Shown here: positions 8,934 to 17,648 of the stretch, in pieces
How positions within the stretch are numbered: position 1 is the first letter of the stretch
How the letters are laid out: every line of letters starts with the position of its first letter
Assembly (NCBI GenBank): GCA_041483895.1
Contig: JBGPGO010000005.1
Coordinates: 1-64,000 of the forward strand
Length of the DNA: 64,000 nt
Direction of reading: 5' to 3'
Source: Fimbriimonadia bacterium
GTDB lineage: Bacteria > Armatimonadota > Fimbriimonadia > Fimbriimonadales > JABRVX01
Notes under the pieces: generated by a model
The model's input: only the letters and a program-made list of their open reading frames with translations
Database searches by the model: none
Told to the model about the DNA's origin: nothing
Program-made: the position numbers and the translations under genes

Positions 8934-10028
8934 CTACTGGATTAGGGACGATTGCGGCTCGACTGGAGTTGGATTATCCTCTTCCTGAGCCATCGGTTTC
9001 GTCTTCTGGACCTCGCCGATGATTTCCACCTCCCGCAACAGCCGCGCGGCCTCTTCCGGAGAGGTGGAGTTGATGTAGATGCCGGTACCCATCTCAAATC
9101 CCGCCGCAATCATCAGACGGGGCATGATGGAGAGGTGCCAGTGGAACATCGGTTCAGGCGTTGTGTTTACGGGGCCGGTATGAAGCGTAAAATTGAACGG
9201 CGGATCGGTCAGGCAGGCGTCGAGACGCTGCATCACATCCTTCATGATCTGGGCCAAAGGCTCCATGGCGTGCCGGGTCTCTTCCACAAACAGCCGCCGA
9301 TGCTCACGTGGGCAGATGATGGTCTCGAAGGCGTATTTGGGGGCAAAAGGAGCGAAGGCGACAAAGTGATCGTTCGCGGCGACGATTCGCTGGCCGTAAT
9401 TCAGCTCTTGGCGGATCATGTCGCAGTACGCGCATCGTTCGTGAAAGGCGTAATATGCCTCGAGTCCCTTTAGCTTTACTTCGGCCTCGTGCGGGACCAT
9501 GGGCAGCGCGATAAGCTGGGAATGCGGGTGGACGAGGCTTGCCCCAGCAATTGTGCCGTGGTTGCGGAACAGCATCGTGTAGCGGATTCGGCTGTCTTGG
9601 GACAGGTCAAGGCAGCGGTCCCGGTAGGCCCATAGCACTTCGCAAAGCTGGTGATGGGTCATTGTCGAGATGCTGAGATCGTGGCGAGGCGTCTCCACAA
9701 TGACCTCGTGCACGCCCACGCCGTGCATCCAATCGTACATCCCATAGCCCTGCCGCTCCGGTTCCCCTTCCTGGGAAAGGGCCGGATATTTGTTAGGAAC
9801 CACCCTCACCCACCATCCGGGCGCGTCGGGTGCGGTATCAGGCGGCCGGTAGGCTAATACCTCCAGTCCCGCCTTAGCCTCTGCTCCCGGACAGAACGGG
9901 CAGTCGGGATCGAACTCCGGGACGGCGGGGTGATTATTCGGATGCACGTAATCCGACGGGCGATGCTGTCGCTCCGTGGCGATAATAACCCACTCCCGTG
10001 TTACCGGGTCCCTACGTAGTTGCGGCAT
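8934..10028 (-). CDS. galT: galactose-1-phosphate uridylyltransferase
   Basis: MPQLRRDP, CPFCPG, VPNKYPAL, GASLVHPHSQ, AGFEMGTG. Confidence 0.92.
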   Translation of the reverse strand: MPQLRRDPVTREWVIIATERQHRPSDYVHPNNHPAVPEFDPDCPFCPGAEAKAGLEVLAYRPPDTAPDAPGWWVRVVPNKYPALSQEGEPERQGYGMYDWMHGVGVHEVIVETPRHDLSISTMTHHQLCEVLWAYRDRCLDLSQDSRIRYTMLFRNHGTIAGASLVHPHSQLIALPMVPHEAEVKLKGLEAYYAFHERCAYCDMIRQELNYGQRIVAANDHFVAFAPFAPKYAFETIICPREHRRLFVEETRHAMEPLAQIMKDVMQRLDACLTDPPFNFTLHTGPVNTTPEPMFHWHLSIMPRLMIAAGFEMGTGIYINSTSPEEAARLLREVEIIGEVQKTKPMAQEEDNPTPVEPQSSLIQ

Positions 10029-10212
10029 ATAAATTCCCCCACTCGCCAAGAACTTTGGGCCAAAATGACCCGCAATATTGTTTCTTCCCTATTCTTTAAC
10101 AGAGTCGCCAACAGAAATGTTCGGAAACGAATGCGAATTATAACCGAACGGGCGGGAACGAGGGAACGATCCGAGAGGTATATTTAGTTGGAGCGAAACC
10201 CAGGAGCGGTGA

Positions 10213-11004
10213 ATGTACCCCGAATTGTTCCATATCTTTGGCATCCCGATTCGATCCTACGGCGTTATGCTGGTGCTTGGTTTTATCATCGGCGCCTGGA
10301 TTGCCCAGAGGAGATCGGCAAAATACGGGGTAGATAAGGACCGAATCCTGGATCTGGCGGTACTTGCGCTATTTGCCGGGATCATCGGCGGCCGGGTGGG
10401 GTTCGTCCTTCAGGATTGGAAGACCTACAGCCACGATCTTCTATCGATTTTCAAGATTTGGGAGGGCGGGCTTACCTATTTCACCGGCCTGCTGTTCGGG
10501 GCTCTGGCAGTCTACGCGTACGCCCGGAAGCACAAGTTGGCCTTCTTGCCCCTCGCCGATTTGCTGGCCCCGTCGCTTGCGATCGGTTATGCCATCAGCC
10601 GAATCGGCTGCTTTTTGAACGGCTGCTGCTATGGAGGACCGTGCGATCTGCCCTGGGCCGTCCAGTTCCATACGTCTAGCGGCTTGACCCCGCCGAGCCA
10701 CCCCACTCAGCTCTATGGAACCGCGGCAAACCTCTTTCTGTTCGGGTTCTTGCTGTGGCTGGACAGGCGACGCGGGTTCACCGGCCAAATCTTTTGGGCA
10801 TTCCTTTTTCTCCACGGCATCTATCGCTTTGTGGATGAGATCTTCCGGGCGGGAACCACTTCGACCTATCTAGTAGGTTGGCTTACGGACGCCCAAGCCG
10901 CGGCGGTTGTGCTGATTCTTTTCGCCGGAATCGGCTATGTGGTGTCCGCCCGGCGCAGGCCACAGAAGCTTCCTCCGGCCTCCGTTGTAACCCCCGCTAG
11001 CTAA
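10213..11004 (+). CDS. lgt: prolipoprotein diacylglyceryl transferase
   Basis: IRSYG, GGR, IWEGGL, RIGCFLNGCCYG, HPTQLY, YRF. Confidence 0.93.
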   Translation: MYPELFHIFGIPIRSYGVMLVLGFIIGAWIAQRRSAKYGVDKDRILDLAVLALFAGIIGGRVGFVLQDWKTYSHDLLSIFKIWEGGLTYFTGLLFGALAVYAYARKHKLAFLPLADLLAPSLAIGYAISRIGCFLNGCCYGGPCDLPWAVQFHTSSGLTPPSHPTQLYGTAANLFLFGFLLWLDRRRGFTGQIFWAFLFLHGIYRFVDEIFRAGTTSTYLVGWLTDAQAAAVVLILFAGIGYVVSARRRPQKLPPASVVTPAS

Positions 11005-11035
11005 GTTGCGGGCAATTCTGCCAAAATAGCGCCAT

Positions 11036-11716
11036 ATGCCATCGAGCGGCGACGCCATCCTGCCACCGCCAAAGGCCGTCCTCTTCGATGTGGACGGCAC
11101 ATTGGTCGATACGATGGAGCTAATTTTGCAAACCCTTGGGGAGACCTATCGCAGGCACCTTGGGGTGGAGATTCCGGCAGAAGACATCCGTGGCATTATA
11201 GGACGCCCGCTCGAAGTACAGGTCCGGTGGTTCGACGATCGCGCGACCCGGAAGCCGGATCATGAGGCGATGATACGATTTCAGATAGTGGCTTACGAAG
11301 CAGGCAAGCAGTTGGAACATCCGATACCGGAAGCGTTGGAAACCGTCCGGGTCTGCGCGCGAAAAGGAATCCGGACCGCGCTGGTTACCAGCAAGGAGCA
11401 GAATGAGTTTTCTCACACGCTTCCCCGACTGGAGCTTAACGGTTCGCTGAATGCGACGGTCAATTCGTCCGAAGTATCGCATCCGAAACCGGCTCCGGAC
11501 ACGGCTTTGCTGGCGTGCTAGCGGATCGGCATCGGCCCGACGGATAGCCTTTTTGTGGGCGACACGGACTACGACGTGCAGTGCGGCAAGGCCGCCGGAT
11601 GCAAGACGGCCGCGGTGCTCTGGGGAGCGCAGACACGGGATCGTGTTGCGGCGAGTGAACCGGATTTGATTTTCCGGACACCTGCGGACCTGCTCGCGTG
11701 GTCGGAAACACTTTAG
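11036..11716 (+). pseudogene. HAD-IA phosphatase (PpaX/Gph-like) interrupted by one in-frame TAG at 11519-11521
   Basis: FDVDGTLVDT, VTSK, KPAPD before the stop; the same frame continues RIGIGPTDSLFVGDTDYDVQCGKAAG...WSETL to TAG at 11714-11716. Confidence 0.75.
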
Positions 11717-11734
11717 AAGAATTAGGCGATAAAG

Positions 11735-14566
11735 ATGCGAAGAAAACCGAGAGATGAAGAGATCGTTCGGCCCGTCGCGGACGGGCCGTCAGATGCGCCG
11801 ACACGGCGACGCAGACGCACCCGAAAAGTCACCAACGCCAATGAGCCGGAAACCAGCCCGGTTGCCGTAGTTGAGGTGGCGCCGAATCCACCCCGTCGCA
11901 TGCGGGTCAGCATTCCCGACGATGCGCCGCCGATCCCTGGATACGACCAGCGGCCCCCGGAACCGAAACGAAGGGGCCGTCGTCCGAAATCGGCGGAGTC
12001 GGCAGAGCCGAAGCCCACGCCGGCGCCGAGACGAGGAAGGTCGACCGAATCGGCTGCGTCTCGCAGACGCACGAAACCGGAACCGGTAGAAGAGCGGCTG
12101 AGCGTCGAAGAATTAGAACAGTTCCTTCCGGCGCCCGCAGTGGCGAGGCCGAGACGGGAGCAGGACCGCTGGGAGCGAGCCATCGCCGCGCCAAAGGGCG
12201 CCCCTCGCGTGGGAGTTGCCAACGGCCAGCCGGTCCTTATCCTCAACGAACAGGTAGTCATCCCGCATTTCTTCTTTGGCAACATTCATTCGGAGGCATC
12301 GGAAAAGGCGGTCCTTTCGCAGATCGCCAAGGCGGCGGAGAATGGAGTCCGCCTGTTTTCGCTCTTCTTGGAGCTGCCGATCGATATGAACGCGGAGGAG
12401 GCCCCGGCGGATGAAGCGGAGCGTCTTCTGGACAGCGTATTGCAGGTCGCGCCGGATGCGTGGGTGATGTTCCGAACCGTGTTCAGCCAGGTCAAGGGAT
12501 GGACGGCGAAATACCCCGACGCGGTCTACCGATACCCGGACGGAACGCTTGCCGATCCTTCCATTTGCGCCAAGGACTGGTGGACGGAAGCGGAGGCGTG
12601 TCTCAAGAAGCTTGTTACGGAAGTAGGTAAGCACAAGGGCGGAGATCGCGTCCTTGGATACCACTTGGAGCGCGGAGAATGGTTCAACGGTCCCGATTTG
12701 GGATACGACGATTCGCCCGCGGCCCAAGAGGCCTTCCGTAGATGGGTGAAGGATCGTTATTACGGCGACATCGTCGCCCTGCGAGCGTCCTGGCACGATG
12801 GAACCTTGGACTTTTCGGATCTGCGGGTCCCAAAATATGGCGAGCGGATCGATTCCGACCAGACGCTGCTGACGGAACGGAAGGAACGGCGCTGGGTCGA
12901 CTATCATGAATTCCTTTCCGATGCCTACGTGGAGCGCATCGGAAAGCTGGCGCGCGTGGTCAAAGAGACGTCGAAGGGCGCGCTCCTTGTCGGCTGCTCC
13001 TACGGCTACACATTTGAATTCAGCCACCCGCACTCCGGCCATCTCTCCCTCGCCCGGCTGCTCAAATGTCCGGATGTGGATTTGATTGCGGGTCCGCCGA
13101 CCTATTCCGCGCGGCTGCCTGGCGGAGCGGCCCCCTTCCCGGCCCCCATCGATTCCGTGGGCCTCGCCGGAAAACTGTATATCATCGAAGAGGATTACAA
13201 GACAGGGCTGCGCAAAAAGGATGAGGCAGACGACTTTAATCCGGCTCTCGAGAATCCGCAGGCGCTCGAGGCTGCCCACTGGCGTGGATTTGGCATGGCG
13301 ATGGCCCATTCCGCCGGCATTTCGTGGATGGACACGTGGGGCAACGGTTGGCTGGACACCCGCTCTATCTGGTCGCGCGCCGAGCAGGCCCGTAAGATTT
13401 GGGCAAAACGCTATGCCGAAAAGCCGTCCGCGCCGGAGGTCGCCGTCCTGATCGATGAGCGCTCGATGGGCATGCTGCAACAGCCGCACATGCACAGCCA
13501 ACTGATCGAGCCGGTCCGCGAGGCCGTGTTGCGATCGGGTGTGACGGCGGGATTTTATCTATTGTCCGACCTCACCCGCGCCGACTTCCCGAGCTGCAAG
13601 CTGTATCTATTCCTCAACGCGTGGGACATCGGCGAACAGGTCCGCACCGCGATCAAGGACAAGCTGCATCGCGGCGGCAAGACGCTGATGTGGTGGTACG
13701 CGGCGGCGATCATGGAATATCACAAACCCGCGATGGACCGAATTCGGGAAGTGACCGGCATTGCCCTGAAGCACCAGCCGTTCGCCAGCCGTCCGGGAAC
13801 GACGATTACGCAGAAGCGACATCTGCTCACCGATCACTTGGACGACAACGCGTTCGCGGTCGACAGCCACTTCGAGCCAACCTATTTTGCGGTCGAAGAG
13901 GACTGTCAGCAGCTTGGCGAGTACACCGACACGGGACTGCCCTCGTTTGTGGTTCGGGAAGTCAACGCGCCGGGAAGCCGGGAATTGGCGTTCCGATCGG
14001 TGTTCCTGGGCGAGCCGGTGGTTTCGCCGACGCTGATCCGAGGTCTGTGCAAATTGGCGGGTGTTCGGATTTGGGACACGTCGGAGGACGTTGCGCACAT
14101 CAATCCGCCGTTCCTTACGCTGCACGCGGGCCGGGGCGGAAGGCGCACGGTATCCGTACCGTCGGGATGGGAGATGCGGGACGCGCTGGGCGACGAGCAG
14201 TTCCAAGATGCATCTTTCAATATTCAGGATGGCACGACGAAAATACTTCTTATTGGGGAGCCGGCCGAGCTTGATGCCTTGGAAAATGCCGCATTGCCGG
14301 AGGCGCCCGAGATCGTTCGGCCGCCGCCGCAGAGGCGACTTTCTCGCCGCGCGCCGCGAGCGGCCGCGCCGGAACCCATCTTCCATCTGGACTTGGAGGA
14401 AGAGGCTCCGCCGGTCCGCGGCCCGGAACCGGCACAAGAGAAACCTGGGCGTCCTCGCCGCGCGCCGCGGAGGCCTCGCGCCTCTTCCCCTGCCCCAGCG
14501 CCCGCGCCGGAGCCCACATCGTCGGAGGAGTTCGGGGTCACATTCCGCTTCCGTAAGAAGAGCTGA
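11735..14566 (+). CDS. GH42/beta-galactosidase-like TIM-barrel protein with long disordered R/P/E-rich termini
   Basis: GYHLERGEWF, AFRRWVKDRY, LRASW, PEVAVLIDE trimerisation-like region; low-complexity ends. Confidence 0.6.
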   Translation: MRRKPRDEEIVRPVADGPSDAPTRRRRRTRKVTNANEPETSPVAVVEVAPNPPRRMRVSIPDDAPPIPGYDQRPPEPKRRGRRPKSAESAEPKPTPAPRRGRSTESAASRRRTKPEPVEERLSVEELEQFLPAPAVARPRREQDRWERAIAAPKGAPRVGVANGQPVLILNEQVVIPHFFFGNIHSEASEKAVLSQIAKAAENGVRLFSLFLELPIDMNAEEAPADEAERLLDSVLQVAPDAWVMFRTVFSQVKGWTAKYPDAVYRYPDGTLADPSICAKDWWTEAEACLKKLVTEVGKHKGGDRVLGYHLERGEWFNGPDLGYDDSPAAQEAFRRWVKDRYYGDIVALRASWHDGTLDFSDLRVPKYGERIDSDQTLLTERKERRWVDYHEFLSDAYVERIGKLARVVKETSKGALLVGCSYGYTFEFSHPHSGHLSLARLLKCPDVDLIAGPPTYSARLPGGAAPFPAPIDSVGLAGKLYIIEEDYKTGLRKKDEADDFNPALENPQALEAAHWRGFGMAMAHSAGISWMDTWGNGWLDTRSIWSRAEQARKIWAKRYAEKPSAPEVAVLIDERSMGMLQQPHMHSQLIEPVREAVLRSGVTAGFYLLSDLTRADFPSCKLYLFLNAWDIGEQVRTAIKDKLHRGGKTLMWWYAAAIMEYHKPAMDRIREVTGIALKHQPFASRPGTTITQKRHLLTDHLDDNAFAVDSHFEPTYFAVEEDCQQLGEYTDTGLPSFVVREVNAPGSRELAFRSVFLGEPVVSPTLIRGLCKLAGVRIWDTSEDVAHINPPFLTLHAGRGGRRTVSVPSGWEMRDALGDEQFQDASFNIQDGTTKILLIGEPAELDALENAALPEAPEIVRPPPQRRLSRRAPRAAAPEPIFHLDLEEEAPPVRGPEPAQEKPGRPRRAPRRPRASSPAPAPAPEPTSSEEFGVTFRFRKKS

Positions 14567-15669
14567 TGGCGTATCGATCTGGGACGGTGGCGGTTGTGGG
14601 AGTGCCGAACGTGGGCAAGAGCACGTTGATCAATGCTTTGGTGCGGCAGAAGGTTGCTATCGTCTCCCCGAAGCCGCAGACAACGCGGCGCAATTTGCTG
14701 GGCATTCTTTCTCAGCCGGAATTTCAGATTGCGTTCGTCGATACGCCCGGTATGATCGCTCCCAAAAATCGGTTGGGCGTGCACATGCTTCGCTCGGCGA
14801 AGGAGTCGTTGGAACTGGCGGACGCGGTTCTGTTTGTTGTGGACGGATCGCATCTCCCCGGCGCCGGCGACCGGGAGGTTGCGGCCCTGATAACTCGAGT
14901 TGCGACAGGTCCGGGTGATGCGACCGGTCTCCTGACCGAGTCGCAAGTGAAGGAGGTTGGCGATGCGGCCGGTCTCCTGACCGAGTCGCAAGTGTTCACC
15001 CACAATACGACCTCTGATGATGCGACTCGGTCAGGAGACCGGTCGCATCATGCAAGACTTGATGTGTCGGGGTTCACTCTTAGCAATCCCGAACTACCAC
15101 CGATATCCAAGACCCCAACACCCGTCGTCCTCGCAATGAACAAGATGGACCGCCTGCCGGCGGACAAAGTGAAGGCGCACACCGAGGCCTACTGGGCGCT
15201 GTTGCCGGAAGGAACACCCTGGATGATGACCTGCGCCACGCGGAGAGACAACCTGGACAAGCTGCTGGAGCTCCTGGTCCCGCTGCTGCCGCATGGCGAG
15301 CCGCTCTACCCGGAGGAGCAGGTGACCGACGCCACTGAGCGCTTCCTGACCGCCGAGTTCATCCGCGAACAGGCGCTGCTGCTGGCGCACGAGGAGGTGC
15401 CGCACGCGGTGGCGGTGCTGATCGACCGGTGGGAGGAGCGGGAGAACGGCATGATCTACATCGCCGCGACGATCTACGTGGAGCGCGAGGGCCAGAAGGG
15501 GATTTTGGTCGGGAAGGGCGGGTCTATGCTGAAGGATATCGGGGCGCGTTCGCGCGTGCAGATCGAGGAGATGCTGGGGCGGAAGGTGTTCATGGAGCTG
15601 TGGGTTAAGGTCAAACCCTCCTGGCGCGACCGGCCAGGCACGCTGCACGAGTTGGAGTTGGACCGGTAG
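14566..15669 (+). CDS. era: GTPase Era with ~65-70 aa repeat-derived in-frame insertion
   Basis: GVPNVGKSTL, PQTTR, DTPG, NKMD, EEVPHA, VGKGG KH domain; insertion ~14905-15120. Confidence 0.95.
   Translation: MAYRSGTVAVVGVPNVGKSTLINALVRQKVAIVSPKPQTTRRNLLGILSQPEFQIAFVDTPGMIAPKNRLGVHMLRSAKESLELADAVLFVVDGSHLPGAGDREVAALITRVATGPGDATGLLTESQVKEVGDAAGLLTESQVFTHNTTSDDATRSGDRSHHARLDVSGFTLSNPELPPISKTPTPVVLAMNKMDRLPADKVKAHTEAYWALLPEGTPWMMTCATRRDNLDKLLELLVPLLPHGEPLYPEEQVTDATERFLTAEFIREQALLLAHEEVPHAVAVLIDRWEERENGMIYIAATIYVEREGQKGILVGKGGSMLKDIGARSRVQIEEMLGRKVFMELWVKVKPSWRDRPGTLHELELDR
14917..15122. repeat. intragenic mosaic: three family A palindromes plus one family C element
   Basis: GATGCG(A/G)CCGGTCTCCTGACCGAGTCGCA at 14917 and 14962, inverted copy at 15021-15049, C element 15061-15122. 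Confidence 0.9.
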
Positions 15670-15724
15670 GAGATTCTACGACACTCCTAATGATCATTTT
15701 CTCCCTTGGCAATCCCCAGTCCTT

Positions 15725-15940
15725 GCAGCCGCGGGTCCGTATGCCGATTGGCTGCTTGTGGACATAACCCAAGTGCCCGCAGCGTCGGCCCTTTTTGGAG
15801 CCGCCCGATGTGCCGGGGTTCACTTCTACGATCACGTGCGGAATTGCCGTTATCCTAGACCCCGGCACATCGGATTCCGTGTTGAGGTCTGAGGCGGTCG
15901 GCATACCGTGGCAATCGGAAGCCGAGGGCCCCAACACATC
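15725..15940. repeat. intergenic cluster of three family C elements
   Basis: units at 15725-15783, 15807-15871, 15879-15940; inverted ends with 40-41 nt dissimilar cores. Confidence 0.75.
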
Positions 15941-16016
15941 GCTGCCTTACCAAGCGCAGGAGAATCCAGAAGTATTCTTAGCGGACATCCGCCTCAACGA
16001 GTCCGCGAATTGTTCC

Positions 16017-16982
16017 CTAGTTAATTGTTTCCTGGGTGCCGGTACCGACCGAATCCAACCGGATGCCAAGCCTTTTTGCTTCTTCCGATTCAACCTGCCT
16101 TCTTCTTGACAAGACATCCGCCCGATAGAGTAGATCAAGGAGTTTCTGAACTGGAGTGACAATCGCTATCCCCATGTTTACCTGCGCATCACCGATCTTG
16201 GCAAAGTCTGCTATCTCCTCATCTCCCCTGTCCCAATGGCCCCGAATGATGCCGAGAAGTCGCAAACGCCAGTCGAAAATCACGTGCCCACTCTCGATGC
16301 GACCAGGAGTCTTTACAACAAGAACGGGTGATCCGCTTAATCCCCCGATAGATCGTGATTCGATTAGATATGCATCAAATTCGCCTTGCTTATCCTCCAA
16401 AGGCTCCTCTGGCATGGCCGCAATCGAGCCGGTCCGCAAGATTGGGATGTTCCGCTGTCTTCCATGTCGTCGGACAAAAAGGCCGGGTATGACCACCTCG
16501 TCACCAATGCCGACATCACAATCCCGAGCTACTTCCTCAGTTGCAAAGGAGGCTTCTTCAAGTGGGGAAACCTCAAGGTCCTCATCAAAGAACATTGGGA
16601 GGACAGCTAGATCGATCATTGGGTCTTCGGGGACTATCCAATTCCCAGTGATCTGACTGTAAATGTGCTGGCAATCGCGAGTATTCAGCCTGAGATAAAG
16701 ATCGCCGTGCGATTTCGCATTTTCCGCGACATGGCGAGCAGTGACAACATACAGAAATCTCGCGCCTTCCATTCTCTCTGCCTTGACACGAACAAAAAAT
16801 GCAGTCCCACAACAAGCAAACTTGCGCGAGTGTTCTGCCCCACCAACATTCACTGCCAAGAACGCGACGCATCTCTTAATGGCATCCGGAATCCTCATCT
16901 CAGTATCCTTTGGGTTTCCTAAAACCCAGGGGTCCCCGCCTAAATGCCGGTCCCAAAGTAAGATGCTCGTTGATACCGCCAA
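16017..16982 (-). CDS. trypsin-like serine protease
   Basis: VTARHV, DLAVL, GGLSGSPV catalytic triad motifs; start could be 16898. Confidence 0.8.
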   Translation of the reverse strand: MAVSTSILLWDRHLGGDPWVLGNPKDTEMRIPDAIKRCVAFLAVNVGGAEHSRKFACCGTAFFVRVKAERMEGARFLYVVTARHVAENAKSHGDLYLRLNTRDCQHIYSQITGNWIVPEDPMIDLAVLPMFFDEDLEVSPLEEASFATEEVARDCDVGIGDEVVIPGLFVRRHGRQRNIPILRTGSIAAMPEEPLEDKQGEFDAYLIESRSIGGLSGSPVLVVKTPGRIESGHVIFDWRLRLLGIIRGHWDRGDEEIADFAKIGDAQVNMGIAIVTPVQKLLDLLYRADVLSRRRQVESEEAKRLGIRLDSVGTGTQETIN

Positions 16983-17077
16983 GCATTACATCCTGTCAAG
17001 GGATAATTGACCTCAACAATGTGTTAGTTGATGGATTATTTTTTTGCCTACGTGTCTTCGTCGGGTACGATCTGCAC

Positions 17078-17362
17078 ATGTTTCCAATGGACGATGTACA
17101 CGTCGTGATCCGCCTGAACAAGTTTCTCGCGGCGAAGGGGTCTAACACTGTTGCCAGGGTTAGAGAGCCTGGGCAAGCCATACCGTTAGCCAACGTGAGT
17201 GACGTAATGGCTGTCGCGCACGACGAAGGCATCCTGAAGGAGGCTTTCCGAGGCAAGCTAACCACGGAAGCAGTCGACCTGTTCGAGTCAGTGCGCGGGC
17301 AGCTCCAGTGTAAGGAACTCGCCAACGCGACGATAGCGGAAGTGGAGCGGTTCTTCAGTTAA
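17078..17362 (+). CDS. hypothetical protein
   Basis: open frame 16910..17362, plausible ATG at 17078; no recognisable motif. Confidence 0.4.
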   Translation: MFPMDDVHVVIRLNKFLAAKGSNTVARVREPGQAIPLANVSDVMAVAHDEGILKEAFRGKLTTEAVDLFESVRGQLQCKELANATIAEVERFFS

Positions 17363-17648
17363 GCAACGACATCGCCGAGTCCTTACTTCACTGGCGAACC
17401 ACCCGCGTCATCTCGTTGCCGATACCGTAATCTCTCGACAGGCTCTATAATGAAGAATTACAAGACTTATTGGTGCTGAATCCGACCCACTCCAATCGAC
17501 GCGCGTGAAATCTTGGAGGAAATGGCCAGCAGAGGATTTTTCCCCTGGGCGTTCGATAAAACCCTCGACGACCGCCTGCAAACGTGGCGTTAATTCCTCG
17601 CAAAGCTGTATACTGTTAATCACGAAGATTTCGAGCGGGAGGGCGGAC

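Noticed and set aside
11519..11521. Selenocysteine recoding linked to nearby selC
   Set aside because: The codon is UAG, not UGA, and the position is not a catalytic Cys site.
12113..13501. Long antisense ORFs (also 39201..40382, 33458..34501, 26664..27596)
   Set aside because: Shadow frames of GC-rich genes with no motifs.
15725..15940. CRISPR-like or attC cassette array
   Set aside because: Ends are inverted rather than direct repeats, there are no RYYYAAC/GTTRRRY boxes, and no integron integrase is in the window.
17360..17422. attC site after the orphan ORF (GCAAC...GTTGC)
   Set aside because: The spacing between the putative L' and R' boxes is too long and the R boxes pair poorly.
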